A DNA stretch of 62,000 nucleotides, taken from Octopus vulgaris. Taxonomy: Eukaryota. Position numbers and translations under genes: made by a program. The stretch lies in NCBI GenBank assembly GCA_951406725.2, contig OX597823.1, positions 38,336,001 through 38,398,000 on the forward strand. The letters are read 5' to 3'. Positions 36,641 through 51,072 of this stretch are shown here, one piece after another; the first letter of the stretch is position 1, and each line of letters starts with the position of its first letter. A model generated the notes under the pieces. It made no database searches. It saw only the letters and a list, made by a program, of their open reading frames with translations, and was not told the DNA's origin.

Positions 36641-36787
36641 CAAGCGAGCTACTTACCACACCTTCTAAACTTTGATACCAGGTAGGTGTGGTTTCTTTAT
36701 CAAACTGTTATGTGTACAGACGATGTGGAATAATCAGAATGATTTCATAAAAGCTGGACTCAAAACATTTGTTAATTTTACATATGT

Positions 36788-36999
36788 GGTGGAGGTGGCA
36801 GAATTGTTAGTTGTGCCAGGTGAAATACTTAGTGGCATTTTGCCTGTCTTTATATTCTGAGTTCAAATTTCATTGAGGTTGACTATGCCTTTCATCCTTT
36901 TGGGATTGATAAAATAAGTACCAGTTGAGCCCTGGGGTCAATGTGAACAACTTACCCCTCCCCTGAACTTGCTGCTTTTATGCCAAAATTTGAAACCAA
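36788..36999 (+). mobile_element. tRNA-derived SINE, family A
   Basis: ggcagaattgttag head, ctgagttcaaattt, gcctttcatcctttt, aagtaccagttgagc. Confidence 0.85.
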
Positions 37000-38818
37000 T
37001 TTTACATACATGGTGACAATCCCTTTTCTCAACTGCATCAAAGGAGCAAGGCAGGATTTGTTGGCTGATATCTTTCCCTAGCACTACAGTGACATTGCTG
37101 ATAAAATGACGGACACTATTATCAAATATGAGGTAGAGTAGATTTATGTAGAAATGGAGGACAGTGTTCCACAAAGAGATTTTGATCATCTTCTTTTGGG
37201 AGGGATGTCTCTTCAGGATCTGAAAGCAATAGAATTGCAATACAATTGTGAATATTGAAGCATTGACCTTGTTGCTGCACCAGTAACTCCTCTCCATACA
37301 TTAATTGCAGACTAAATTTAGTGAGGTAATTAAGTAAGAGTTATTTTGCTTCCCAGTCAGTCCATCATTGAAACTGGCTGCTCAAAGCAAAGGAGATGAA
37401 AGATGAACTTTATGCTCACTGATGGGCTTGTTAGTGATGTTGAGCAGCCAACTACTTGCTGTATTCAAACATTTAGATACCATGGAGGTGACATGGAGCA
37501 ACAAATAGAAACAGAAGGTTAGTTGTGGAAAAACCAGGGTAAAAAAAGATAACTGAGGGTCATTTGTTGACCAACTTCTGTTAATTGTAAAAAAAAAAAA
37601 AACCCCAAAACATGCAGGTTTGTTCTATCTGCCAGTGCTTGTCTACAAAACCACTTGAAATAAGAAAGCCAATACCAGTGAATCACATGTCTGCAGGGAC
37701 TTTTACAAATTCAACAAATTGTCTACCTAACAGATCTTTGGGGATGACTACCTAGCAGAAGAGAGTAGTGTTACTGTGTGAGGGTAAAATAATGATAGAA
37801 TTGACAGGATCCAGTACCATTGTTCAAAAGTCATAGGTGATCTCTCATGGAGAACTTGTGTTCCAACCCAACCGTTGCTGTCATCTGGAATGTGAGCAGT
37901 CACAGAGTATGGTATATTGTCTTTTTATGTATTGATATAAAGGGGACAGAGCCTTTCAGGTAGACTGCTTGATGCATACTGGTATTGGTCATAAACTTTA
38001 GCGGCAGCCACCTGGTACTGATGATACCTAAGAAACTTTTGAGTTGCAGATTGTAACTTTTTGTTCTATGTAATGCCACTGATGTCAAAGATGTATTGTG
38101 AAACGGGCTAATTAAAGCAAGTTTTGAATCCATAAGATAATTCATGACTAATAATTATACTTTTCTATGTATAATTTTCTAATTATGTTTATGACCTTAT
38201 AAATAATCCCAGAAAGACTTTTTACTTGATGTCTTTATTCAAAGCAGAACCTATATGAAAATCTCTAAAAATCAACTGTCACTAGAAAAATTAAGGTATG
38301 GCAACACAAAAGGACACTGCACACTTTTACCATGAACCTTGGGTAAAAAATTTTATTTCGTGTTCAGATAGTTAAAATAGACCATTAGTAAAATACTCAG
38401 CCATAAGGGGAAAAAAATTATTGTGACCTCTCTATAGCTTATTCCTGTTGTATTTCTCATGTAGCTACCCCTGATTTACTTCTCAGATGCTTCCTGAACT
38501 CAAAAGTGTAAACATCTGTCATATTGCTTGGTTTTATAGCTTATATATGCTGGTGCATTGTAGAAATTGTGGTTTTTGCTATCTTCCTTCTTATAAGAAA
38601 CAGATTTTCTTGAATGGCAAATTAAGTATTCCAAATGTTTCTACTACATTTACACTATAAATGTACTCAGGATAAAGCAATTGCCATGACTTTTTGAGCT
38701 TTCTCTAGTCTTCCTAGTTTAATTTAAGTTTATTCATCTTACCAATTTATGAGTTATATTAGTTTTGGATAGGTTGCGTTCTAGTGTGAAAATTCTTGAT
38801 CAAGTTGTTTGCAAGGTC

Positions 38819-38917
38819 AGATATTTTGACTCTATGTTGCTGATGTATAATAGATATTTTGACTCCATGTTGCTGATGTATAATAGATATTTTGACTCCA
38901 TGTTGCTGATGTATAAT
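38819..38917. repeat. 33-bp minisatellite x3
   Basis: agatattttgactc(t/c)atgttgctgatgtataat repeated head-to-tail, with one difference among the copies. Confidence 0.95.
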
Positions 38918-41454
38918 ATGTATGTGGTATGAGGGCACATACATATCCTTTCTTAATGAATTATATCGATTGTACTTTTTTTAGAAATTATTGTACCAGA
39001 CCAAATATCATAGATGTTATTTCATAATATTCCTCTGGAAAGATTTTTGTTGCATGAAGAGATAATTGTTCAATGATTGTAAATTAAAGACAAGATATGT
39101 TTAAAAATAAGTGCTATGTATAAATGCTTGTTTACAAAGAAGTTGTGTAAAAGGCTTATTTATAATGTTGGAACAGACTGAGTGATATGTGAGTGTGATA
39201 CAGTTAACATTGAAACAAAAATAATATATAATTGTTGGCATTTTTCTTATTCGAAATTGCATTTTAAACAAACTTTTAATTGATATTGGTATGTAAACAT
39301 TATATATTATGGAATTTCTGAAAAGAACTCTGTTACAAAGAAAGTTTTTGAAAGAATTTATAATTTATTTATGAAAATAATTTCCAATTTGCTCTTGTTT
39401 CTGTTGATGAATTTTAAAATATTTTTCAATGCAGTCAACTTGAAAATTTACTCTTATTTATTTATTTTGTTTTGAAATTGCTGAAAGATAGTATAATTGG
39501 TTACATGTTTCCAATAAGTCAATCATTTCTGAAGATGAATGATAAGGGAGTGTCCATGTAACTTGTTGCAGAACAAATATCACAAAGGATTTCATGCAGT
39601 TTTTGGTCTTCTCAACGATGTTTGCATACTTTGTTGGCATAAATCAGTGAAAGCTACTAGTTCACATGCACCCCCTCTCTCTTTCACACATACACATGCA
39701 CACATGCATGCACACACACACATACAATGTACATTCATGCAATTTATTTTCTCTACTGAATCCTATTGATGAAGCATTAATTGACCTGAAGACATGATTG
39801 GATACCAACCATAACTGATTTGAATGGTACAATTAACCTATTAAATGATTTTAACAATACAGTTTACTAATTAACTTACTTTAACAATATAGGTTCCTTA
39901 TATTATGTGTTTTGTATCAAAAGTTGTACATAATTTAACTACAACTTATTGATAGTAAAAGGAGCTAAAAAGTGAAAGTAAGATTATATAAATCAAACAA
40001 AAGAAACAAGAAACACAAGGCCTTCTTGACTTTATTTTATATTGACCCACATACAAGAAAAGAATACATCACTTTTCTAGGACATTAATAATAGATTTAC
40101 TTATACATTTAAGATCTTTGTATAAATTTACTTAATCCAAAAATATTTTATCCTAGCAGTTTGCTCTTTTCTCTCCTTCACATGCAGTTTTATTATAAAA
40201 TTTAATGTTGGTTTGCCAAATTGTTTTGTTAGATTAAAATACAAACCAATATTATTTCTTAACATGCTGATTACATTGTATTAACTTTTTTTGCCAAGCA
40301 GCATGATTAAATTTTGTTGGAATGAGAATAATTGAAAAGTCTTTTATCAACCTTAGTATAATGAAATGTGGAAGTTGACTCTTACAAGATTTGAACTAAA
40401 AATTTGGAAGTTTGCAACTAAATGTTTTAGTACAGTGAAACTTTATTTCTGATTTTGGCTATTCATTTTTTGGAGAAAAAAAAGAGCATAATCTACATAA
40501 CTTATTGCAGCATTTTGTAAACTTTTTAGCCTTGAGTAACCCTTGAAATACATTACATGTTTCAGGAAACCCCTGCTTAAAAATTATGCATCTTCGTTCA
40601 TTTTTTTTTTCTATTACATTAAATAAAATTTCATAAGACAGTAAGCAAATCATAAAACTATCATTATGACTTAACTAAGTAGTTAATTAAACCAGTTTCT
40701 TCCACAATTCCATCTTTGGAGTTAATTTTTTTCTCTGTGGAGTCACCCTACTATCTACAGATGCCATTACTTACCTACCTTTAGAAATTTGCTTATATAA
40801 TAAAATTACAAGTATAGAGTTAAAGGGAAAAATTACTTTAAAATATATTTACATAAAATTAACCTGTTATGTAATTAATTATTTCTCACAAGAGCTTTTG
40901 CAATCTCTTGTTGAACTCTAACATTCTGGGGAAACCTTGGTTAAGAAATGCTGATGTATTATATAAGCTATTATCAGCTCAGTTCATCATTGTCACTTTT
41001 ACAACCTATTTGAACTATTAAGGCAACAGCTCTTTACAATCACTTTTGTACAATTTTGTATTTAACATCTTTTGAATATCTTTTTTTATCATTATTCTTT
41101 TAAAAGATTCTCCTATTGAATTTTCATGATATTGCAATATGTAATCTTTGACAAATAAGCTATTATGCTGCTTAGGATTACAGAATACAATATATTTGAA
41201 TATTTTTGATTGTGTGATCATAACTGTTTTATTAGATATACAATACGGTAATTTCAAAATAAATATATTCTTGATGTATAATTTACTCATTTATTTAGTT
41301 TATTTAAAGAAGAATGCTTAATGTTTTTTTTTAGTGATTTAAGATTTTGAAATATAGAATATTTTAATTTAAAGGACGAAACTTTTTTCAGATGTTGCTG
41401 CAATATTATTATAAATTATATTAGTATAACATATATATATATATATATACTATG

Positions 41455-41494
<40 letters not shown>

Positions 41495-43390
41495 TAGTAA
41501 TAATAATATATATGTATATATTATAATAGTACATTTCTTTCCAGCCTAATACTGGTTTTTATTTTATCATAGGTTTTTAAATATCCATTTCCACCATTTC
41601 TATATGTAAGTGTTAAAAATAATTTCATGTTGCTATTTCTAGTCTTTTTTTTTTTATTAGTTTTCTTCCTACTAATAAATAACATGCCTCTAGGACTGTT
41701 TTATTTGAGATTCAGACATATTGATGTGGGTGATAACTTCCATCTATGATCTTTCTGTAGAAATATTTTATTGATATAGTAGTTTCCAAGTATACATTTT
41801 TTTCAATTCAAAAATATTACAACTAAGAAATAAACTTCAGATTGATGCTCTTTAAGCAATATATTCATCATTATGATTTGAAATAAATATAATTTTAGAA
41901 TTTTCTATTTTCTATTTGAAGAACTTATATTTGTTTATGGTAGAATCAACAATTAGTTAAAGTATAAATTTAATTCATTATAATTTTATATGATGCAGAT
42001 GGATTTTATGATCTATATAACCTAATAGTTTATTTTATTAACTACTGAAGCTTAGTATCCTTATTTTGACCATAACTTTTTAAAGAAATGTTCCTTTCCA
42101 TTTACAGCATAAACAGTAAATAAAACTAGCAGTGATTGTTTATTTTGGGGTGAAAAAAAAACAAAAACAAATCAACATAACATATTACAATGTTATATAA
42201 ACTATTAATAACTCTATGTAATTTTTTTTATATTTCCTCATTAATAATTCTTACATTGAAATGATGAGTAAATTTCAGCATACAAAAGATGTGGTATAAA
42301 AAGAAAATACAAGAAATTAATGCTTTAATATTTATTTGCTGTAAGATTTTCGATTTTTGAATTTGTAATACTTCAGAAGCAGAAACAGGGGAGGAAAAAA
42401 AGCCCATTGAGTTTCCATAATCACTTTTATTATATCTTCCACTACTTTTCTAATGTTATCATTATTATCATCATCAATTTTATTATGAAAATGATTATTT
42501 TCCATGTTGGCATGGGTTGACAAGGACTTTATTTATATATTCTACTTACAATCATTAATAATCTTTTAAGATCTAATCAAACTTCTACCTTTCAGATTTC
42601 TTTCACCTAACCATAAAACTATAACAGTACCTGACATGTTCACTTTACAACCATATTTCTAGGTTCAATTCTATTTTGCATCACCTTGGTCAATTGCATA
42701 TTTATCCACTTAATAGAAATCAATAACATAAGTGTGCTGCTAAAATAAGCATTGGGATTGACTAAATACCTTGAAAGAGGTTCCCTGACTGAAACCAATT
42801 ATGAAACATCTGTATTTTATTTACCCTCTATTGCTACTCTACATTATATTATCATCCGGTATTCACCCTCAAATAGTATTATACAACAATAATTTTTCTT
42901 ATCTTCATTATTTCTTGTGCTGTTAACAAGTGTACCTTACTGGAAAAATCTGTCCATCAGTTTTTATTGTCATATTTCATTGAACAATCATACCTCATTT
43001 AATCTGTTCTTTGTAAATGAAGGAAGTTCATTTATAATAACTTTGCTCATGTTTGTTCCTCACCCCATGCACATGCTAATGTTAAGTCATTTCAATGATA
43101 CAATGATTCTACTTTCAATGATCCTTGATTATCTTATTCTTTTAATTGCATGACATATAAATTATATCTCTGTATCTCCTCTCTACCAAGTCACTGAGTT
43201 TATGCTTCCTGTTTCACATACTAAATAGGGAAATTTCTTTTCTTTCTTTCTTTTCATAACTTAGTTGATGTTTGAAAGTACCATCTATAAATACATATCT
43301 TAAAATTTGAAATCCTTGGATTTCAAATTTATTCTGTAGTTCCTGTGTTGACATTTCTTTGCAATGTTTCAAGTATTAGGCCAAATATAG

Positions 43391-43700
43391 ACCCATGCAG
43401 CATCACATAAAAGCACCTGTGCAGTATCACATAAAAGCACCCATGTAGCATCACATAAAGCATCCGTGTAGCGCCATGTAAAAGTACCCATGTGGCATCA
43501 CATACCCATACAGTGCCATGTGAAAGCACCCAGCACACTCTGTAAAGTGGTTGGCATTAGAAAGGGCATCCAGCCATAGAAATAATGTCAAATCAGACTG
43601 GAGTCTGGTGCGCCCCCCCCCCCCCAGCTTGCCAGCTCTGGTCACACTGTTCAACCCATGCCAGCATGAACAATGGACATTAAATGATGATGATGATGAT
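43391..43700 (+). mobile_element. RTE-associated 3' UTR/tail with ~24-bp tandem subrepeats x6
   Basis: cacataaaa/ccatgtaaaa cores at about 43404, 43428, 43452, 43475, 43499 and 43516; tail catgaacaatggacattaaat(gat)n. Confidence 0.82.
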
Positions 43701-45540
43701 GTGGAACCTACTACGTTGATACAAATCTATTAAAACTCTTGTTGTTTTGTACCAAGTCTTTCCTAATGGAGAAAATCTGTGATTAAAGGAATTCTAGCCA
43801 TGACTATCTCATCTTTCTATGTAACAAGGACTTCATTGTCCAATGTATTGTTCTTATTTTAAAACTCTAGGGTGTGATTTGAGAGAGATTTCACTTGTTA
43901 TTTCTAGCTATCCAAGTAACTGTGTAGAGGCTCTCTTGATGGCTCAATTAAGACTTTGATTTACTGTACTATAAACTGCTATAGAATTAAAGAATTGTTT
44001 CATTTAATTTAGTGCAACAAATTATTTTCAACCCATAATGTTATTTTATTTGTTTTCCTTTTTACTGTGGGATATATAACTTTTTGTTATTTATCAAAAT
44101 ACTCTTAAAACAATCATTACTCTATACTAATACAACAGAAAATGTCTTCCATTCTCTGTTGTGAAAACAACATAAAAAAGAATTAGTCACAGCAAATATA
44201 ATGAAATGACAATAAGTATTGTACTACAGTAGTAATATAGTAACAGGATTATAGGAGTTTTCAAACGTTTTAATGGTAAATAGCAGTGTGTTGTGTGACA
44301 TTGCTGGGAGAAAAACTGTTTTTGACCCTGGTTATTTGTTTAAAAGCAGCTGTCAGATCTTCAAGTTGTAGTGAGTGATTTGAACAATATCTTAATATGA
44401 TTCAGAATTCTTCCTATACACAGTGGATTGGTTAAACTCTTCTATACATGGGAGTATACCATATTTGTGTTAACAGTCACTATAAATTGTAAATCCCTCT
44501 TGCCCAAATATGAACTAGTTACTATCATACACTGCAATGTATCTGAATGCTGACAATTGTGCATTAATAAATGTTGGTAAATCTTGAAGATGACAATTTC
44601 ATTGTCCTAAGAAAATACTGATCTTGTTTGGTTCCCCCCACCCACCTCCTGGTCTAACCTATGATCAAAGATATTCCAGTATTGACCATCTTATCTTTTG
44701 TATATTTAGGATCACCTTGTTCAGTGTGTCCTCCATGTTTTAAGACATAAAGGTATGATAGGATGGAATCTGGTTGTTATTTGTTGCTGGTCAATCTACT
44801 GCATAGATATTCTCTTACTGGTTCATTCATCACTAGGGAACCTTAACAGACTAAATCATTTCTATGATCTGGATGCTAAGAAACTGGAATACACAAACTT
44901 TTCCCCCCTCATTCTTGCTGCTGTTGATGGAAAATATACAACCTGTGGCACACCACTTCTTGAGAAAGGTTGGTCTATGTCTGCACTGTAACCTAAGTCC
45001 TTGATCTTTTAATGCTATTTGTTAGGTTATTATTAGGGCTTAAATTAATAACAACCTGACAAATGATAATGTGAGTAAACATGTCTCCCTCTCTTATTTG
45101 TTATTGTAAATGTTATTTGCAAACATTGATACTCATAGAGGTGTAGATTAGAGAAGAGTATAGTGTAAGGAGTTCAGAACACAGCTTTGTGCTGAAACAC
45201 TCATTTATTTTGCTGCAATAAAGAAAATTAATCTACATCCTTAATCCATACTTTATTGTGTGTGTATGTGTGTTTCTTAAGAGAAAATATGTTTGTTATT
45301 CATTATTCTGTTAATTACTATAATTTCTAAAATAAGTAAATTATTTTGAGTTTTTAGTTGCATGAAGTTAAAGCAGTTTTATTTTTACTTGCTATTATCC
45401 TTGTACTAATGTACACACATTGAATGACATCTATTTTCCTAATTTATTTCTTCTAGTTTAACATTTTGTAGATTAGTTCATCATTTTATTGCATCAACCA
45501 TGATTTTCATAAATAATATTCATTTCACAAATAAACATAG

Positions 45541-45606
45541 GATTTACCTGGAGATGTAGACAGTGTATTTGCGGAAGGTGATAAAGAAAACAGTCTAACT
45601 ACACAA
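45541..45606 (+). CDS. Downstream coding exon of the same host gene (22 aa DLPGDVDSVFAEGDKENSLTTQ)
   Basis: atag|GAT acceptor (weak pyrimidine tract), 66 nt open in phase 0, consensus CAA|GTAAGT donor; phase-compatible with 29438; markedly more GC-rich than its flanks. Confidence 0.68.
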
Positions 45607-46113
45607 GTAAGTATTTTTCATTCTGCATGGGTCACTCTCATATTCTGCTCATTGTACAGTTTTATAAATCTTGTCTCAGATTATTTCTTTATCTGTGATC
45701 AATGTTTCCTTTAGCTAAGCAGTTTGATTCCTTGAAAATCATTCAATTATATATTGTTATAGATAATTCCTATGATAAAAATTTCAAAAATTTGAGGCAA
45801 TTATCTAACAGAATTTTACTATAATAAATTCACTTAGAAGAAGAATATATATTCAAAGTAGAAAAGTTATGGAGACAGATACTTTGATATCAACTACTGT
45901 TTGCTATTGTGATGGAATGGAAAATAAACCACATTCTAGTTATTTCATTGTTGCTGTTAGCAATTAATGTGAAAATATTTAAAGCATCAGGGTTTGTTTG
46001 ATCAATCATTTCTTCTTTTGTAATAAACTGATTTCAGAAATCTAGAAATGGGAATTTTAAAACATTAATATGTATTTGTTCTTCACATAGCACCTAGATA
46101 ATGTTTGAAGCTG

Positions 46114-46200
46114 TAACCAAAAGTTTGGCTTTCATTTCACAATTCACCGACATATATATATATATCAATAAATTGTGAAATGAAGGCTAAACTTTTGTTA
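46114..46200. repeat. Older imperfect inverted repeat, ~31-bp arms, 26-nt loop containing (AT)n
   Basis: taaccaaaagtttggctttcatttcacaatt versus aattgtgaaatgaaggctaaacttttgtta: 2 mismatches and 1 indel. Confidence 0.85.
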
Positions 46201-49200
46201 ACTATGGGACAAATTATTTTCCCGATATTGCTGCAGCATTTTTTTTTTTTTTAGTTAGTAATAATTGCAGTTAATAGCAATATAAACTGAAAAACTTTTG
46301 TTTATTTTCCTGTCTGAGAAGATGGTAGTTATAAGGTGTGGTGATAAAGCAACTGCCTCCATATATAAACTCATTTTCTTTTATTGAGAACTGATATATA
46401 GCTTTCTCATAGTCATAATTATGGAAACTTTTCCATTTATTCAAAGATTAGTCTTACCTTCTCATTTTCAATATCTTAAAAATCAACATTATTATCAAAA
46501 ATCTTTCATGGACACTTCATTATAAAATCTGAAAGCAAACATTTCGATAACATATATTGTTGCCATTTAATCATTTTTCTCTTCATATTTTAAACTCAAA
46601 AATTCTCTGAAAAATGTAATTTTGTAAATTCATAAAGAAAATCACAAATTTCTCAGTAAACCTTCAGAAATATAATGAAAAAATATCCAAAGTAAATATT
46701 TGAAGTAAATAATATTCCTCCCTTTCACTAAGCTGTATATCATGTAAATTCTATATATAGTATTTGTTTGTGCTTGTGTATAATCATTGTTTTCACATAA
46801 ATGGCCTTTTTTGGTAGCATTTTAATGATTCACTGAGCTGCAATAGTCTATCTCTGTAATTTGTGTTGTGTTTTCAGTGTTCAAATAAAATTAGTGAAAT
46901 CTCACTCTACAAGCTTTATATTTTATTCAGTGTTTTGTAGTTAGATCAGTTTGAGATAAATATCAGTTGTGAAAAGTTAGAAATAAAAGACAAATTAACA
47001 ATTATATGAAATCCTCATTTAGAAGTTTTGTAACATGAAAACCTGATGACTCATAACAAAAGTATAATCGTTAACATCTATTTTGATAAATGTCTAATAT
47101 ATCAAATGAATATCATGAAGTTTTGGTTATTTTTTTCAACATTATGAAAATAGAAATGAAAAAATTTATATAATTGTTAATTTTCTGCTTAATTTATTAC
47201 ATTTGATGTTTGTCTTTATTTCTCTGTGGTTTTCTAAATAGTTGAGTGTTGTGTATTGATGACTCATTTTCTTTAGTTTGGTACAATGTCAGCAACTTTG
47301 AAGAAACTCTTGTAAACAAGTAACTCTTTCAACAGTATTCGTGATTTGAAGAACTAAAACCATTCTGTCACTCTCTGTGCCGCTCATGCTCTCATTCATT
47401 TACTCTTTCTCCTCTCTCCATCCTCTCTTTCTTTTTTCTCTCACCTCCATACATATCATATATTTAACAAAGTTTTAAAATTAGAGATTCTCTAATCAAA
47501 AAAGCTAAGAAAGAAATATATCTGTGGAACATATTGATGTTTCTTGTAATATTGGTTACTACAAGCCATGTGTTGTAATTAAAACCTAAATGTAATCAGT
47601 ATAAAGTGTTCTACTTTAATCAGGTAGGTAGTTAACGTGCATGTATTAGTTTTTGTTATCCGTAATTCTTTGTGAAATTGAAAAGATTTTCTTCCATAAG
47701 CAGTAAAATTTATCCAATGTTGCACAACTTGCTGTAGCTGACTTAATTAGATTTTAATATTTTCTATGTGTCATAAATTCTCATTATTAATGTAGTGTCT
47801 GTCACAATATTTCAATGAACTATTGTAGTTTTTGCTACTGTTTACTACCAATCATCCAGAAATTATTTTGAGCAGTACTGTAATTATAAATATAAAAAGC
47901 TTCATATATACAATTGTTATTTTGATAATTCATTCAGAAATATCAATATATATATATGCATGCACACAAATACACACACACATTATTGCATTGACAGTAC
48001 TTTTTCTATTGATAAAATAAAATACTGCCAGAATCTGAAATTTTCTTGTTATTGAAAATTAAATTGTTTATTTCACCAATATCATCTTAATATTATTTTT
48101 TCTTTTTTTGTCATTTTGACAGAAATTTTGTATTTCATGATGAAAATATTTGGAGTGCCACTGTCATAATTTTAGTCTGTCTAGAATGTTATATAAATGT
48201 TAAAAAATAAATTGGATAAAATTATGGATAAAATTTTCAGATCCAATTCAGATCCAATTCAGCTTTGTAAATTTTATTTTAAGTTCCTCTTTAACTGTCA
48301 AATAATATAAAATTGAGGTAAAGCAGCAACTCAGTTTGAAGTTCTGTATGAATTTTAAAATTATTGTTAGAGTTTATAACATATTTTTCTCTCTGAACTA
48401 CCTAAAGTATATTATACTTCTGGGTCTAAAGAGATTAAGACATTGTTGAAAACTCCTTCATATCAAAACTTCTGTTTGGAAAAACCTATTTAATATTTAT
48501 AACCTGTCAATATTATTAACTCTAATAACATTCAATATTATTATTTTTGTTGCAACTTTTTTATGTTTTAATTACATTCATCGTATGTTTCAAACATTAA
48601 ACAGACTTTGACATAGCCACTTTTGTACAAGTATGTTATATGTCATTCTGTGTTATTTAATATCAAATGTTGCTTATTATATTTCTTTATTCCATTCATT
48701 TAGTTATAGTGAAACAAAATGAACATTTTAAAGGAATATGAAACTAAGTCTTTTGTTTTTCAAGACAAATGTCCTCATCAGAGGGAATGTCCTTATTAAC
48801 CATTATTGAGAGAAATGGAAATAGAAAGTACATACCTCACTCCATTTATAAGTTGATCCTTGTTTTTGGAATCAACTTGTTAGCATATCAACTTCTGTTT
48901 CTTAATAAAATGGACTGTACTATTTGCAGCTTCACACCATCTGAATTGTTTACCAAATTCTGCAATGTTTTTTTTGTCCATCTCTCTGTATATGAAGGTT
49001 GCACTTGAATGTGTTGATAAACTATTCACTTTTTCTATCCTAGCTGGCAACTGGTAGAACAGCTTCACAAACTTGCCCAAACTAGTTTGATCAACACCAG
49101 TTAAATTTGAATGTCTATTCAGTGTATACCAGCATCATATTAGCCAAGGCTATACATTCTGTCCTTTACTTCTTGGAAAGATGCCCATATGGTCAACTAA

Positions 49201-50989
49201 TGCTCTAGACAGCACATCGTGTTACATTATTAAAAGAATGTGGACAATGACCTAATGCTATTTCCAGAGATAAGATCTGAAAGAAATACACCACTTTCAG
49301 TTATTACTCAGCTTAATCAATTCCACTGCATACTTGAACTGAGGCTGGGTGGTAATATGTAGTCTACTCAAAACAAAGGAAGATATATCTTCCTTTACTC
49401 AGCATTTGTAAACCTTTAGAACCTGAACTCCATGTGTGAACAAATGAAATTGCCCTCCACATCACCATTTCTAATGGGATTTAATATATAATATATCATA
49501 CAGAGAGATTTGGGACTCTTGTCTACAAAAGGCTGTGAGCCAGACTTTGTGACTGTAGATTATCAAATACTGTTATGAACTAGTCTGCTATCAAAGGGAA
49601 AAGGAACAACAATTATTTGACTTCTTTTAATCATTACTACTGTAGAGGAAGCTTGGAGAACTGGTTAAAAGGCAATAATGAACTTCCATCTGACATGGAT
49701 ATTTGTGCTGAAAATGTTTACAAGTTTTTACTGTTAAAAGTATTTGCTTTTACAAGGCCCTTGATACACTGTTATTTAAATGCCCCACACACATACACCT
49801 TACTTTCACATTGTTTCTTGTTCATCACTAACTTTCAACATAACTGTACTGACTTCTTTTCCAGGTCGTGTTAATATGTTTCATGATAAACACCCAACAA
49901 TTATCAGATAATCTTTATTAAAAAAGAAACCCTACTCCTTGGTGAAAGTCTGTCTTTGACAGTGTTATATAATTTTAAAAAATGAGGTGGATGTTATAAA
50001 AAATATTGTTATGCACAGTTGTTTGAAATTGAGCTTTCAGATAGTGAATTAGTGACAGACATCTTATTGATATATTATCTGATTTTGGTTTGACGAATTG
50101 ACTGTATAAGTCACAACAGTGAACAGTTTCTGGCTAGTAAATTTAAAAACAGTTTTTTGCTTGGATGTATTCTAAAGAGCTGTTACAAAATCCAACAAGA
50201 AATCAAAATTCATGGTTAGAAAGGCAATACAATGTCATTACTTTACTCCTAATTTTTTTCCATGCTAGGATGAGTTAGATGAATATTATGGCACCTCACT
50301 GCTTGTTGCAGTATTTCATCATTTGGCACATACAGCAAAATTAATCTTTGCTTTTGTGTATAATGTAGTTTTTCTTTAGAGTAGGTTGGAGCATAGTTTT
50401 TACAGCTAGGTATTCTTCCTTTCACCATCCACTTCACAACCCAGATTGAATGTATTTTATTGAACCACTGATACTAGAAAGATTTTCTACAGCACAGCTA
50501 AACAGTCCTATCTGCATTATATCATTTTTTATTCCAACTTAATATTCTCCAAGACAAGTTGTTGGCACTACAACTTGCAGAGTCATGTCTCCTCTGGCTG
50601 TATTTTTATTTTTATTTTTTTTGAAGTGGTGACAATTTATTTTATTGGCTTCGGTTCACAAAAAGAATTGTTAAAAACAGATTTCTATGTTGACTGTTTT
50701 GATTTTATCTAATAAATAACCTGTTACAAAGTAGTTTCTTACATCATCCCATATTTCATTATTAAAGAATTAATTTTTGTAAATTAATAGAAATTTCTAA
50801 GGATCAATTATGGCTTATTGGGTTGGTTAAAAATTGAAATTTTATTTGGTAAAAGTATTTATTACTGTAGTGTTATTCATTAAAACCATTTTTTCTAGTA
50901 CTTTGCTTTGTTTTTTTATCATTTCAAGTTATTTAAGCATAAATGAGATCAACTGTTGAAATGAACATTTTACAACTCAGCTATGAATT

Positions 50990-51041
50990 GTAAAGATATT
51001 CTCAACAAAATAGTAAAGATATTCTCAACAAAATAGTAAAG

Positions 51042-51070
<29 letters not shown>
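50990..51070. repeat. 23-bp tandem duplication (2.4 copies) running into (AAT)n
   Basis: gtaaagatattctcaacaaaata x2 plus gtaaagata, then AAT repeats. Confidence 0.92.

Positions 51071-51072
<2 letters not shown>

Noticed and set aside
36642-36662. tgtggtaagtagctcgctt on the minus strand resembles a recalled octopus SINE head, suggesting LINE targeting of SINEs
   Set aside because: The match is to a remembered consensus; the in-window SINE C copy matches poorly and the rest of the SINE is not found
38819-38917. 33-bp repeats as a CRISPR array
   Set aside because: Repeats are contiguous with no spacers, there are no cas genes, and the context is eukaryotic
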